Below, in pieces: positions 38,640 through 53,194 of a stretch of DNA of 64,000 nucleotides. Position 1 is the first letter of the stretch. Each line of letters starts with the position of its first letter. The position numbers and the translations under genes were made by a program. Source of the stretch: Eledone cirrhosa (lineage: Eukaryota); contig OZ024740.1 of NCBI GenBank assembly GCA_964016885.1, positions 192,572,001 through 192,636,000 on the forward strand, in the 5' to 3' direction. The notes beneath the pieces are model-generated. The model ran no database searches and was not told the origin of the DNA. It was given only the letters and a program-made list of their open reading frames with translations.

Positions 38640-41600
38640 TTTCATTTATTAGCCACAAGGGCCGACATGTAGGGGACAATACAAAGAGAGGGACAGTGGT
38701 GGTTTATAATAAGTTCGAGTAAATGTGCACAATGGCAAGACTAATTTAACAATGAAGATATAAAAATATAAAATACACTATGCATAAATATAACAAAGTA
38801 AATTCCCCTATAGGCGTGGACGACCCAGGGGTGACTCAGGTACCCCACCAATCCTGAACCCCCCTGCGCTTCTAGGGCACCCAGGGAGAGCACCCCTCTC
38901 CTCAAGTTAGCTAGCCTATAGGCGCATGGTCAAAGTAGGCCCAATCACACGGGCCATTCTCGCCACATTCATCCACCTTTTAGGAAATGTACTGGAGGGA
39001 AGCAATTCTCTCTCTACCCTCACCCTCCTTTCCAGGTGACTCTTGAAGAAGTTGTTGAGGGATTGGCCGAAAAGAAAAGTGTCTGTCTACAATCCTTTTA
39101 ATCTGGTCCACCATATTTCCTCTTTCGCAACGGCCACCAGACAGAGGAAAATTGCCTGCTCTTTCCTGACCTAAGGAAGGCGGCGGGTCGATCTTCACTA
39201 TGGACTCGGCCGATAGCCGGATCCGTTACACACGCCCTAGAAGCTATAACACCACAAGAAGGTAAGGCACGGACATTGGACAAGTGCGTGCAGAACGGTT
39301 TCGTCGCTCTGTGCTCATCTTGGGCAGGTCCGTCTGACAGTACTGCCGTGCCTGTAGAGTTTATCCTTAACGGCAGTGACCCCCGGTAGCACTGCCGAGC
39401 GAGGGATTTCTGGAAATGTTCCATCGTCCCCGGCTCGAAAGTCCTCCGGTACAGACTGGTCAGTTCGACTTCGTCAAGGTCCAAAGCTTCTCCGAGTGTG
39501 TCATCGCACTTGCCCACCACTAATCCTCTATAGATCTCGAGAGTAGAAGTTCCACTGATCGCATTGCCCGCTTGGTAGAGGGCAGTGAGTGCCTGGCAAC
39601 ATTCCAGGTGCCAGTCACCCAGTCTCGGTCTCTTCTTGACCCAGGACTGCAGCTCAGTCAAAGAAACGAGCTGCGGAAAGCCCGTCTGTTAAACGGCGAC
39701 CACACCTGTTCACTGTTTAGGCAGAATATCTGGAGATGTCGCAGTCTCAGCGCATGTCTGCGCATCATTAGCCACGGCAGCCCAGCCATCCGCGTAGAGG
39801 GTGCTGGCAGCAGAGGGACCGCGTCACCAATGGAACTTGTACTTTCCACAAGAATTTGAAGTGGAGGCGTTCCAACTTGACGAGGCGCAGCCGGGGGCAA
39901 GGCACGACGGTCAAGCGGTAATAGATGACGGACGCGATGTACGCATTCGCCACCTCCGCGCGACCTTTCAGTAATAGCTTCCTCCCAGGCCATTTTTGGG
40001 TGAGATTGGCTACTCTGCTCGTTACCTCGTCCCAATTCTTTTCCACCTGGAGGTCTGGTCCAAACCAAAACCCGAGGAACTTTGCCGGTTGGTCCGCCCA
40101 GCGCTCCACGACACTGTTGGACGGCATAGGCTTGCCTCTCCAGGTTCCTATCTGCAAGCCCACCGACTTTTCCTGGTTAAGTTTGGCTCCTGTCAACCTT
40201 TCATATTCCTTCAATAAGGAGCCGACCACCTCAATTTCTGAGGTGTCCGACACCATAACGGTGATGTCGTCCGCATAAGCCGAGACCGCCTTTCCACATC
40301 CCGGTTCGTGTTCGATGCCCTGCAACAGATCCAGCTTCCGCAGTACAGGCTAGAGAATCAATACGTACAGAAGGGAAGGTAGAGGGCACCCTTGACGGAC
40401 GGATCTGGAGAGCCGAAATGGTTCCGAGAGGTGGTCATTAACCTTAACCACCGAGCGTGTGCCGTTGTGCATTGCAGCGATCCAGCTTCTGAAGACAGGG
40501 CCGAAGTCAGCTGCTTTGAGGGCAAACTCCAGATACCGATGCTCGACCCTATCGAATGTTTTCGATTGGTCTAAATTGATCAGTGCCCCACCGAAGCCAG
40601 GTTTACACCCTACCCTCACTATGATGTATCGAATGAAGTGGAGTTGTAGTGTATAGACCAGGATGGGATTACACAGGTTTGCGCCTCCTCAACCAAATCC
40701 TCGACGACAAGCGTTAATCTCTTTGCAAACCCCTTGGCCAAAATCTTAAACTATGTGTTGAGCAGAGTTATGGGCCTGAAGTTGTCTAATGTATCCCTCT
40801 TGTTCTCGTCTTTCCTTATCAGCGTCACCACTCCTCTTCTCACAGAACTGGGAATACCCCCATCCTGTTGCCAGTAGCGTAGAGTGCTTCGATGAGATCC
40901 GAGAACTAGTGTGGCTTATTTACGTAAAGCTCATAGGGCAGGTCATCCAAACCAGGTGACTTGCGCCTCATGCAGCCGCAATGGCGTCCTGAATTTCGGC
41001 TGAAGTAATCGGCCTTTCTCAGCGCTCAGTGTAGATCGTCGAGATGCCTGGCAAGCCGTCAGGGTATGGACTGAAATCCGCTACTCTCTCTGACTCGTCA
41101 CTCTCTCCGAACAACCGAGCAAAGTGCTGGCAAAAGGCCTCACACATCCGCTTGGAATCGTTTATCTAGTGTCCGTCTCGGTCCGGCAAAGACCAAATTG
41201 TGGTTTTATTACCACGTTGCGCCTCTGCCACACGGGCCCATCGAACAGCTTTGGTTCCATCGTTTCTCAGCGCACGCGCCATAGCTCTGACAATGCAACA
41301 TTCGTGTTTCGCATTGAAGAAATGATCTAATGCAATTCTCCCCGCTAGCACGCCAGTTGCAATGCCACTACAAATAGCCTCGTCTAACTTATCTACCAGT
41401 TCCGCCTCCTTTCTATTTTTCTCTAACGCTAGTTCTTTGCTGAACCCTATCGAAGTTACTCTAATCTCACTTTTGAGGGCCTCCCACCATCTGTTGTTGA
41501 CGATCCCCCTGTCAACTTTTGCTTAATTAAATGTTTGACTCGGTCCCTGTAAGATTTACGTGCCGCAAATGATATGTTCAGCTTCCAGTAACGAGCTCCT

Positions 41601-43539
41601 AACCTACGTGTTTTATCTAGGTCGACTATACAGATCGAAAATGTGTGATCTCAATAGGCGACCGTTATAAAAAGTGGGCAGCCGACACTATTTCTATATA
41701 TTTTCCTAATGAAGATCCTATCTATATACGATCTAGATGACCCTATGTGGTTGGTCCACGTCCACACTGACGCATTGGGGAAATCTAGTCGGTACCTGTC
41801 AGACAGTTGGAACCGGCTGATTATGTGCTTGAGGCTTTTGCACACTCCGCTCCTGTCAGCTACTCCCACACAATCCCAGCGTGCGTCTAAGATGCCGTTC
41901 CAGTCATCCCTAACAGTAAAAGGCGAGACGTATGCAAAAGGTTTCCAGGCGCCTAAAGAAGCCCGCTCGTCCGGATCCAGTATAGGCGTAGATGGCCAGC
42001 AGTCTGAAGGAACCACCTTCGCTATTGCTCACATCCAGTATCACCAACTTAACGTCCGAGTACAGGAAGATCGAACTTACCTCGAGATCCAGGCCTTTCC
42101 TAAACAGTAATGCTACTCCACCTCCCATTCCCGGCCTGCTAGCAGATGCGAAGATATGATAGTCGTCGAAAAGAGGGCTAGTGCGCGCATGACGAAAATC
42201 CTGGTCTCGCTGACGGCAATCACATCCATTTCTAGAGACCTGATGTCGTTGAGCACGCAACCCTCATTCCAGGGTGAGCCCAGGCCACGAACATTTAAAC
42301 CTCCTACTCTTCATATTGTCCTGTTGGCATATTAAACGAGAGAGGGAAGTTATACTTACCTCCCGGGGTTTTGTGAAGGTCGGGTGGTTCGACCTCCTTC
42401 GTTGGTTGGGTTTCTTTTGGGAACCCCTTTGAAAGTCTCGATGTGGGTTTCACGTTCGGGGTTCCCACGTCTTGAGCAAAGCTCTCTCGAATTTCTTTGT
42501 AGGTATCGAGCGACATTCGCACCAGAAACAAATCTTCTGGCACGCAAAATGTGCTCAATTCAAAGATCTCCCCCTTTGTTTGAATGTCCTCGCTTTGTGC
42601 TAAGAATGCCATCAATTTATCGTTGGCCCTTCTGACAAGCACGAAGTTTTTTAATGTTTTGTTGGTCTGGTTTTATTTGCTTTCGTTTCGGTGACTGTGG
42701 TGGTGATCATTATGGTGGTGTTGTTTCGTGTATGTCTGTATTTGTTGTAGGTGTGGTGTCTGCAATTTCAGGTGAATGTGTGTTTATTTGTTCTTATGTT
42801 GGTTTAGGATGTTGGGGTTGATGTTATTGGGGAAGTGTTTGCGTTAGTGGTGTCTGTATATTTTGTTGTGTATGTTTTTGTGTTTTATGGGGGCTTTTTT
42901 ATGTTTTTTGGCACTTTGGAGTTTTCCTTCTTCACTGCTGGAAGACAAAGTGTCTGTGGCTGGTAGTGTATCTTTGTGTGTGCATTTACGGTTTGTCTAT
43001 GTGTATAATTGAAGGGGTAGGAGGAGAGGGAAAGCTATCCTCGTTATCCTTTTGGCTTGGTTACAGTGATGGCGGTGGTCCGGCTGTTTTTGAAGTTGAT
43101 GGAGTTAACCGTGTCATTGTTGGTGTTGTTTTTGGTGGTAGTGATGCAGCTTTCCGTGCTAACAATGGCGTTGTCAACAAATGAGGTTTGCGACCCCCGC
43201 ATCTTTGAGATGAGGGCAGAAGGCTTGCAGATACCTTGCTTCCTCGCAGACGAAGCAGTGCGGGTTTCTTCCCTCAGTGATTAATTGAATTGTTGTCCTG
43301 TCCTGCAGGCGGGCAATATCCGAGATGTTGTTGATGTCCTCTGGTTTCATTTGGAGAAGAATCTCAAAATCCATTCCGGACCAGATCTCTCCCTCTGTAT
43401 GTTTGATATCTAGGAGGGTATTGTCTGTTCCATCCCCAATTATGCATCCCAGGAGCCACCATATAATTTATTTATGTTGGGATCCTATGCCCATGGAGGA
43501 CGAGTGCATAATAATGCCTTCCGTTCTGCAGGGGCTCAC
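38638..43539 (-). mobile_element. Tx1/L1-clade LINE, divergent subfamily B, 5'-truncated within ORF1
   Basis: EGRNPHCFVCEEARYLQAFCPH (ORF1); [43 protein letters not shown] (ORF2); 3' end CCCTTGTGGCTAATAAA..(ATT)n. Confidence 0.9.
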
Positions 43540-43587
43540 AATAATAATAATAATAATATTAATAATAATAATAATAATAATAATAAT

Positions 43588-44409
43588 GATTTATTTAATA
43601 ACCACAAGGGTTTACATAAAGTAGACCTTAAGAACAGTGCAGGAAAATACAGGACGGTACAAATGGGCATTTCTGCGTGTAAAAAAAACAAAAACAGAGG
43701 ATGTAACAAAAAAATAACAATGAAACAATAGCGGGGAGACTTCGGAGGGACATTTGTGGAGAAAGCCCATTAAAAGGCCACAGTGACCCTGACGACCAGG
43801 GCAAGTGCCGTCACCCAGTTGTCCACCTTTAATTTACAGACACATACTCAGAGTAGGCCCATTCACTCGGGCCATTCTTGCTTCTCATACCCATCTTTCA
43901 ACAAAATACTGGGAAGAAATTTGAAAAAGTGAATCAGGGCATCACCGAAGAGGTAAGTGCTCGTCTTCAGCCCTTTCAAACGTGTCCACCATACTATCTC
44001 TTTCGCCATGGCCAGACAGATAAAAACTGCCTGCCCTTCCCGGCTAAAGGAAGAGGGCGGGGCAATCCTCACGATGGACTCAGATGATAGCCGGATCCGT
44101 CCTACACGCGACAGCAGGTGTTCAACATAAACCCACAAGTCAGCAATTTTCGGACACTGGACGAGTGCGTGCAGGACGGGTCGTCGCCCTGCACGCATCT
44201 CGGACATGCCCGGCTGACGGCACCTCCATTACTGTAGAGTTTATCCCGAACTAGCAAGGCTCCTCGGTAGCACTGCCAGGCCAGGGATTTTTGGAAGTTG
44301 TCCATAGGTCCCGAAAGTTTTTCCGAAGAGATTGGCTAGTTGATTTTCGTCGACGCCGAGAGTTTCCCCAAGTACATCGTCGCTCTTCCCCTCCACTAAT
44401 CTTCTATAG
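43588..44409 (-). mobile_element. Tx1/L1-clade LINE subfamily A copy 3 (5'-truncated, about 0.8 kb)
   Basis: MDNFQKSLAWQCYRGAL.VRDKLY..CPRC; the 3' UTR is collinear with 33397-33700 and 54580-54850. Confidence 0.92.
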
Positions 44410-44445
<36 letters not shown>

Positions 44446-45675
44446 AATAATAATAATAATAATATGTTTACTTGGTTGCTAAGAACACTGTTTAAACATG
44501 AGTGCTTTCATTTTTAAATATCTATATAAAACACAAGTTACACCACAATCATGAGATAAGAAGGAAATGAAAGCCATCAAATATAGCGCTATGATGTCCT
44601 TAGATATGTTATAATTATTTACATTACTATATTTAAAAACAACAGGTGTAAATCTACCATTGTGATGAGCAAAACAAGAATGTGATTATGATCACAGGTC
44701 TGCTCAATTTGAGGTAACATAGAATTAGACAACAAACAACCCACTCTTAACGAAAGCGTGAGCATTGAGTAATTTGATTCACCCTTCTCCATACAAGCAA
44801 TTGTTTCTACTGATAGAGAGCAGCGAATCAACTGTAATGTTGAATATAATTAATCAAATTTTGAATCTGTTGTTGATCATATTTAAATATCATTTCAAAG
44901 GCTTTCAGTTAAACAATAAAGTTAATATGTGCATTGTTTCTGTTATACCAACAACTGGAGAATCTCCCAAACTGTCTGCATTAAAATATAATGTCTAGCC
45001 TCTCCGTCGCAACTCAAAGGATTAATTGATGAGCTGAAAGAAGTTTAATACGCTTTTGTACTTTGGTATCATCAAATAGTTTATATTCACTTGTAAAGGA
45101 ATTTACATTAATGGATTCCTTTTAATAATGCTTGATAACTTTCAAATATCCATCTGGTTGTGATACTCATCCCTTTTAATTATAACTATATTATTAGTAA
45201 TCGACGAATGTCAACATAATATATGTGCTACCTTGATATCTAATTCACTTTCAATTATAGTGACTCATCTACCAAAATTCCTAACTTCGGATACACAAAG
45301 TCTGAATTGTTTCTGCTTTATAGCACTTTCATCTCGTTTAAATATATTCTAATTAGCACCAAACAGTAATTCGAACCCGATTACAGAGGTCGTATAACAC
45401 GTTAGTTCAAAAGACGAATATATCTATTACGTGAGTTCGAAAGAGCTTCGTTTGTTCAATTAGGAGAACGTGATTTATGGTTATTGATCTTTCTTCAACC
45501 TATCTATTGGGACGAAAAATATGTTTTCACGCTTCAAATTTTATACATCATAAATAAAATTACAATTTCAACATAAATCGATTTTCCTTTCCTCCTCTTT
45601 GATAGAAACATCTAGACTAGAGATTCTAAATTTGTAATGTAATGATTTATTTCTCAGTCACCAAAGCAATATATG

Positions 45676-45706
<31 letters not shown>

Positions 45707-46329
45707 GAGAGGGAGAAAGAGAGGAATAGAAGCACACTTCAATTAATCAACCACCTGGTATTATGGGTACTTGTCAATAGTAGAGTGGCCACAAGATATG
45801 AAGAAATGAAAGGAAATATTCTATTCAATAAAATTTATCACAATCGTTACGTTTTATGTATTATTTTTTTCTTAAACTCACCATACAAGAAAGTATGACA
45901 TAAGTATTTTACGTGAACATTGCGTTTTTATAATCTGTATTGAAAAAATGTAATTAAATTCACAATACTATTTGTTGTTTCAAACTTTATATAGAATTTT
46001 CATTTGAAAGTGAAACTGTTATACGGAAATGAATACGGAAATGTGACCATGCAATTTGATGGCAATGTGAAAGCCCTACAGGAGGCGAACGAAAACGCAA
46101 TAAATTAAATGTTTCAATTGATATAATCTAAAAAAAAAATCATGACCTCATAGTATTTATTTTACATGAGTATAATATAAATATGACATAAGAAAATGAG
46201 TATTTGATTTATTATTGTGAAAATCTGAATCAAACAGAAGCATCAGAAAACTAACCAGATTTAGTTGACTGAATTTGTAAGGCTTAGCTTTCTGAAACGA
46301 TGAAAACTGTCAAAGAAGCACACATTCTT

Positions 46330-47064
46330 GACCTGCCAATGGCTGTTGTTCACTACATGAGCAGCTTAAAAGAGTATGACCAATGGGCCATGTGGTTCTG
46401 GAAATCCTTATTCCCCATGCATATAAAATATATTTTGTCAAAAGCCCTATCCAAAAATCTACAGAGATGAAACATTATTGAACATAAATGAATGTTCAGA
46501 GTACAGGAGGCGCAAGACAGGAACTATATTGGAAAGTGAACGACATTCTGTAGACAACAGGAATGTTGTGCCGTTTAATGCCTTTTTGCTATGGAAATAT
46601 TGCGCATATTATTGTTGAAGTTTTCTCTTCTCTAACAAGCGACACATACATACTTAAATATGTTTACAAAGAACATGATTTTGCGTCTATCGAAGTAACC
46701 AATAATACATTACCTAAAGACGATCAGTACCAACATAACCATACTGAAATAAGAAGATATCTTGGTTGCAGGCATGTGTCCCCTGTGAAGTATTGTGGCG
46801 TCTCTCTGAAGTTAAGCTTCCTGGAACATCACATACACTATACAGACTACCTTTATACCAACTGCGCAAGACATAGCCTATCTCAGACCATTGATATGCT
46901 TGAACTTGAGTCCCAAGCTGACATCAAACACACTGATATTGATTCTCGTGCTGAAAAGCAACGAGTGATTATTGATACTCTAATTGATGCCGTTCAACAT
47001 ATGAGAGACAGGGAGATGCCTGCAAATATCTGATTCCCCGTAGATGTACATGGTGGCGGTGTGT

Positions 47065-47095
<31 letters not shown>

Positions 47096-48528
47096 TAAAA
47101 CATAACTGTTCTATAAACAATATCAAGTCTGTTGCAGTGTTTGGACCGGCATAGCGTCTACACTGCTTCTGGGAGATAGAACTATCCAAATTCATCCAAA
47201 ATATTAATTCCAATAACGGTGACCAGTGTGTGTAAAGTGTCTGGCTCGTGTAACCATGCCGATTAGATACGGAACTCAGCTTCTATGATTCCTTCCTATG
47301 CAATTCATGCCATTGACAAGTGCCTTCACCATATCACTGGTGTCAATGAAGTGATTGTAAGAAAGAATTTGCTTTGGGGAGGTGACTTCAGGCCCGTGCT
47401 GCCAATATTAAAAAGGTGTACTTGTGAACCCACGTTAGAATTATGCCTTTAAAAAATAATATCAGAGTAAGAGAAGATGAGACAGAGTATACGAAGTGGC
47501 AATGGAACAACACCTCGAATTGTAGAACGAAGATGATGTTGAAGTGAGTCCTTTCTCATGTGTAAATGATTCTTTAGTGAAACAAACTTTCATTAATACA
47601 ACGCAACAAGAGAAAAGTAAGCGAGTAATTTTATCTCCCCAAAATGTTGATCGCTTATTAATCAATGAAGATGTTCGGGGACAACTACCCGGTATCAGCC
47701 ATACTTATTACAGTACTGATAGTGTGATAGCTGATGACCCTAAAGAGGATGAAAGATATTATATTGACTTTCTGAAGTCACTTACACCTTCCGGTGTAAT
47801 TAAACGCAGGAACAATAATAATGATTTTACGAAATATTTCACTCCAGAATAGAAGTAATGGACCTTTGATGGACAGGCGTGTTTTGATCCCAAGATTCTT
47901 AATGATCACAATATGCCCTTTACTTTGGAATGAGCACACTTTTCAGTAAGACTGTCGTATGTTATGACAATCAACAAGACACGGGGTCAAAAATAAGATA
48001 AAGTGGATATATATTCCTTTCTCTGCCAGTATTTAGCCATAGACAAATATATGTCGCTTGTCAACAGTATACAGACTGTCATATATAGTATTAAAAAAAG
48101 TATCAAACACTGATGAGCAAGAGAGGCAAGGTAATGAGCTATAGCAAAGAATATCGTATGTAAAGAGATATTGACATACATCTGAGCTCAGTTAAAGAAT
48201 TGCAAGTTGAATTGAAAATAATCACGTAAATATAAATACTCAGTATATGCTCTATATCGCTGTGTATATAATGGAAAGTAATTTTGATACTATATTCCGT
48301 AATAATGAATATGTAATTATATATTGATCTTGAGCTTCAAAGCAATTAAATACTAACGAATGATATGTATATCAAGTATTGTATAGATTGTTATTATACA
48401 TTTTAGTATCATTTATTGCACAAGCAACAATAAGGTTTATATGCAATAAAACTTCAAATCATATTTTCTATCTTAAATAGCTCCTATTTGATAATTTCTT
48501 TACGTGGAATTTCCAAGGGTCCCACTAG
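46330..48528 (+). mobile_element. Highly decayed Helitron (Rep and helicase remnants)
   Basis: GPCGSGNP.SPC, EYRRR, VDNRNVVP, YILKYVYK.HD.A, GGDFRPVLP, FLKSLTPSG, MTINKTRGQ; putative 3' end gtgg...cccaCTAG|T at 48528. Confidence 0.75.
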
Positions 48529-49811
48529 TAACCTGCAATGCAAAAATATTTAGTTGATCGCAATAATCAGTTACCTATGTTCAAGATAATTTCGAAACTT
48601 TTATTCCCTTTTTAAAAGATATTTAATACATGAATACGTTTAAAAACTAGAAGGGATGTGTTGAGAATTTAGGAATAAATGTAGTGTTTCACGGATCAAC
48701 TTGATATTGTATGTATGTGTGCTTATACATACACTCACACACACACAGCCATGTGTGTAGAGAGAAAGAGATAGGAAAAAAGGAAGAACATTAGAAAAAT
48801 GTAGCAAGATCAAGAGTTGTGTGTAAGACAAAAAAAATATCAACAAATGTTACACATTATATACGAGGGGCTACTGAAAATGAAATGGGGAAATGGAATA
48901 AGGCGATGAATGTTCAACACCTTCTTCACAATATTTCATATGGAATTCAGTGGTATACTTATGTATAGAAGTTTTAAATATTGAAATATGATTTGCAATA
49001 CAGGGTTCTGATGGCGGATTTTCTTATATTATGACGTAAATCACGCGCTGTCACTGAAGAAAGAATATTTATTTTTCTGAGATAGAACAATTTTAATTCA
49101 AATTGATTAAAATAAATTAAAATAGATTAAAGAGATATAAATCATTTGCCTGAATGTAATGTAAAACGTAAATTAAAAGATTAAAACATTAGTGGAATAA
49201 CATTTAATGTGAAACGGGTTGTTTTTGGAAGTATAAAGAAAGGAATAACATTGAATACTTCGTATCAAATAGCAATCTCTCACAGACTTCGTAAATTGAT
49301 ATTTTAATCCCTTCTTGGCTTGAAGGTTGATAATTATCTATAACCAGCTATTGCTTTACGTATTTAATGTTTCAGAGAACATAAATCCATGCCTGCTACA
49401 TTATCGTCACACAATATACAAATTTAGAACATAGTTATGTATATGAGGATGACACTTCTAAAATCTCATCTCAATATCCATTAATTTAATCTAACATAAT
49501 TCACCGAAAATATGTTGTGGCGTCCTGCAGAAAATCATATAGATACAGTGTGCAAAGTCATGAAATATTCAAATTTGTATTTGTGCAACAAAATTAAAAA
49601 ATTAAATAAATCCACACGTTTCCTGCAGCCAAGTAATCAAACACAGGACAGGATAGATTGGTTAGTTATACGAATAAGACATCCACATATATGGATATGT
49701 ATATATATATATATATATGTGTATTCAAAAGTATAAACAGAAATAACAAAGTGAACGGCACAGTACAATGAAGAAATATATTAGTTTAACGTTTGATATA
49801 TTTGGAAAAGT

Positions 49812-49850
49812 GTCATAACGTTTTGGACACTAGTCATTCATCAGTAGTAG
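49812..49850 (-). ncRNA. Degenerate hammerhead-like motif
   Basis: Minus strand CTGATGA-ATGAC(TAGT)GTCC-AAAAC-GT-TA; core G12 is mutated and stem I is poor. Confidence 0.35.
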
Positions 49851-50994
49851 AATGAAATATAAAATATGAAATATAAAGATATAGAGGGAGGAGAGAAAGG
49901 AAAGGAAAACAATTATTTGAGACAAATACGTGTGTATTTACTCAGCCATTTTGAAGATAAATACAAAGATAAGACCTGACTCATGTCCGTTTGATATCAC
50001 AGTAGAAAGTTAACTGAGAGTAGGTCGCATAACTATTGTTATGTTTAAACGTTTTATAACTTCTATGTCTAGAAGGTTACGCCTGAAGGTCATGGTTGGA
50101 ACATAGTTAATTACAAATATACTTGTTAAGGCTTATGATTCTTAACTTGAAGATAAACAACAATAACAATACAATGGTTTCGAGAATGTATTTTCTTCCA
50201 AGGGCAGCCTCTTTATATTAAACAAGACGATGAGTTAAGTATATCTACGAAGAAATTATACATTACTTCTAACATGTCTTCGCAGTTAATTTAACGTAAG
50301 TAGTGTAGGGTGGCGGGAGACGATAGTAGAAGTTACCTACCAATGGTATCCCACTGTGGTATTGAACGTGGAACCATGTAATAACGAAGTGAAATTCTAA
50401 AACACACCGTCATGGTTGCGTCAACTACATACCGATATTTGTACATATATTAAGTGCATTTAATAATAAGATATATGTACTTTCGATTATCAGTTTACCT
50501 TATAAAAATAATAACAGTTAAAAGAGTATCTGAAAGAAAATACAAATGAAACAAGATTAATGTTTCATACATCTGACAAGAGATTCAAATCACAGAGGAA
50601 CAGAGTAAATGAAAATGGAAATGATTTACACAACTTATTGTTCTAACAGTTGAATCCTCGGGAATAAAATTGTGACATTAGTTCTACATTTCCTGTCTTC
50701 AACACAATCGCTGTATTCATAAAATCATTCAACAAATACACTCGGCGCATTAACTGAATGCATTTCATTCGTTTGCATGAAGCTGCCGGATGTTCAATGA
50801 ATATATGTATAATATACAATATATATATATATATATGTGTGCGTGTGTGTGTGTGTATGTATGTGTTCGTGTGTGCGTGCGTGTGTGTGCGCGCGTGCGT
50901 GTGGATGTTTGAGTTCATCAATATTTATTCACCGTCTTCTTAGAATCAACCTATCCTTATCTCTAATAAAAAAGCATGCACGTATGTACATACG

Positions 50995-51029
<35 letters not shown>

Positions 51030-51038
51030 TATATATAC

Positions 51039-51116
<78 letters not shown>

Positions 51117-51798
51117 GTGCATACATACACACAGAGACACACACACCGATGCATACATATAAATGTAGTTAAGAATTTCAATTCGCATCTATTGGTTTTC
51201 GGGTAGAGATCCGGTGCATGAGACCTTCATAAATCTTCAGCTATTGCCTCGAAACGATCGATGAATTTTCAATAGCTAATACGCGTCATGTATGTATATA
51301 TGAGTGTGACTATGTGCATCCCAGTGTTAAAATAAATATGTATGTTGTAACGTGTACTCAGCCTCTGAACCAGTGTTGTTTGTTTATACCCCGTAACCTG
51401 CCGGTCTAATGAATCGCGATCCATAAAAAAATGGTTACAGAATTAAAGATAAGTACTGAAGTCGACATGTGCGTATGCACGTATTTATGTGATGTGCTTA
51501 TGTCTATGTTTGAGTGTATGAGTATGTAAGTATCGCTTGCTCTTCCTCCTCTCTCTCTCTCGTCCTCTCTTACCGCTTGCTCGCTGTTTTTCTGTCTCTG
51601 TTATACTCTGTAAATTTACGATTAGCTTATTATGATAGATCTATATACATAAGGAAATATAATATCGATGTTCACAACCAGTCAACGAGGTAAAATAGCA
51701 GTCAAACACTCAAATGATGTCCTAACGTCTGAAAATTAGGATACTTTCGATAATGTAGACTTTAATATACAAACATTATAGATGGAAAGTCTTATTTA

Positions 51799-51915
51799 GG
51801 CAACGAATTAGCAAAGTCGTTAGAGTGTCGGGTTAAATGCCTTAGTATCTATTCCTAGTCTTTGTGCTCTGAGTTCAAATCCTACCAAGGTGAACGCTAC
51901 TTTTCATCCTTTCGT
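51799..51915 (+). mobile_element. tRNA-derived SINE 5' fragment
   Basis: tagcaaagtcgttaga...ctgagttcaaatcctacc...ttttcatcctttcg. Confidence 0.65.
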
Positions 51916-53194
51916 GATGTTGATTGTGGCATTGTTTAGTTTCTGAGCTTTATTACTTCAAATTCTGCCTTCTTCTGCTAGGAGTTCCAATGGAAGATAG
52001 TATCAGCAAAGAAAAAAAAAACAATGGATAAATGGTTTCCTTGGTTAGATTTGGTGAACGGTTGGATGAACGACAAACTCTAACTAAATGACAACACCAA
52101 CTGTCCTAACACTCAAATAAGCTTTGCATATATAAACAGAAGAGACTCGTAACTTTCAGAGAACGTTTAAGTAAAACATTTTAATGGATTTTAGTAACAT
52201 TATTTGGTATATTTCACTTCATACTGCTTGGTTGACATAATAACGTTACTGCTTAGGCATATCAGGTAGGTAATTGTATAATTAGGCAGTAAATATCATC
52301 AAAGATGATTTTATGATAAAAAAACACTGAGTACACCCTCTAAAGTTTATAAAAGCTGCTTTAGAAAACAAATGCGTCCCTTCATAGTTTTATCATTGAA
52401 TATCTATTTCTGCCTGTTCTTCACGATTCCAATAAACTATACGACACACATAGTTTACAGGTTTGTTTATCTTGTCTGTGTAAGTTTTAGTTTCATGAAA
52501 TGAAAGTTCCCTATTATATAAACATTGAAAGATGTACGTTTATCTGCTGAACTGCCGAACATTATCACCAGAACTAAATTTCCTTACAGCTGCTTTACTT
52601 TCAGATATTTTCCTTTTAATAACCATTTAGTTTTATCGTTAAACAAAATCTTTCGTTCAAAGAACCGGTCGGAAATTCTGAACACATTACAAGAAATCGA
52701 GACGGCTGTCTGGTGCTCTGATATTCAGAGATCAATCGTCTCGTACGGACAAAGTTCAAATTACTAAAAGTAAATATTAAGTGATTGAGTATAACCTAAT
52801 ATCGGATAAAGGCTAATTGACGTATATGTTAACAAACATAGTGAGAATAAATGTCCTCGATATTTGTATCAAACACTAGGTGTTTATTTAGTAAAATTTT
52901 ATATAATTCCATCGCTTATAGACCACAACTCTTTTGTAAATAACAAGTCAATGGACGCTAAGCTACAAAAGTGGTTTAGACAAACACTTAAACGATATTG
53001 AAATTCTGTATAGACATAAAATAAGCTTCTAGACAATACCAACAAATAATTATACTTAATGCTTATATTACCATTAGCGTCGCTGATAAAATAACAGTGA
53101 TATATCCGATTAGGAATGGTCAATTCTGTATCAAAGCTGAGAGATTTAAATTATTTATTGTGAATTCAATACGATGACAACAATAATAACAACA

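Noticed and set aside
48860-48885. TATACGAGGGG mariner-like TIR start (and TTAACCCTTT piggyBac-like start at about 31117)
   Set aside because: No matching second terminus or transposase remnant was found.
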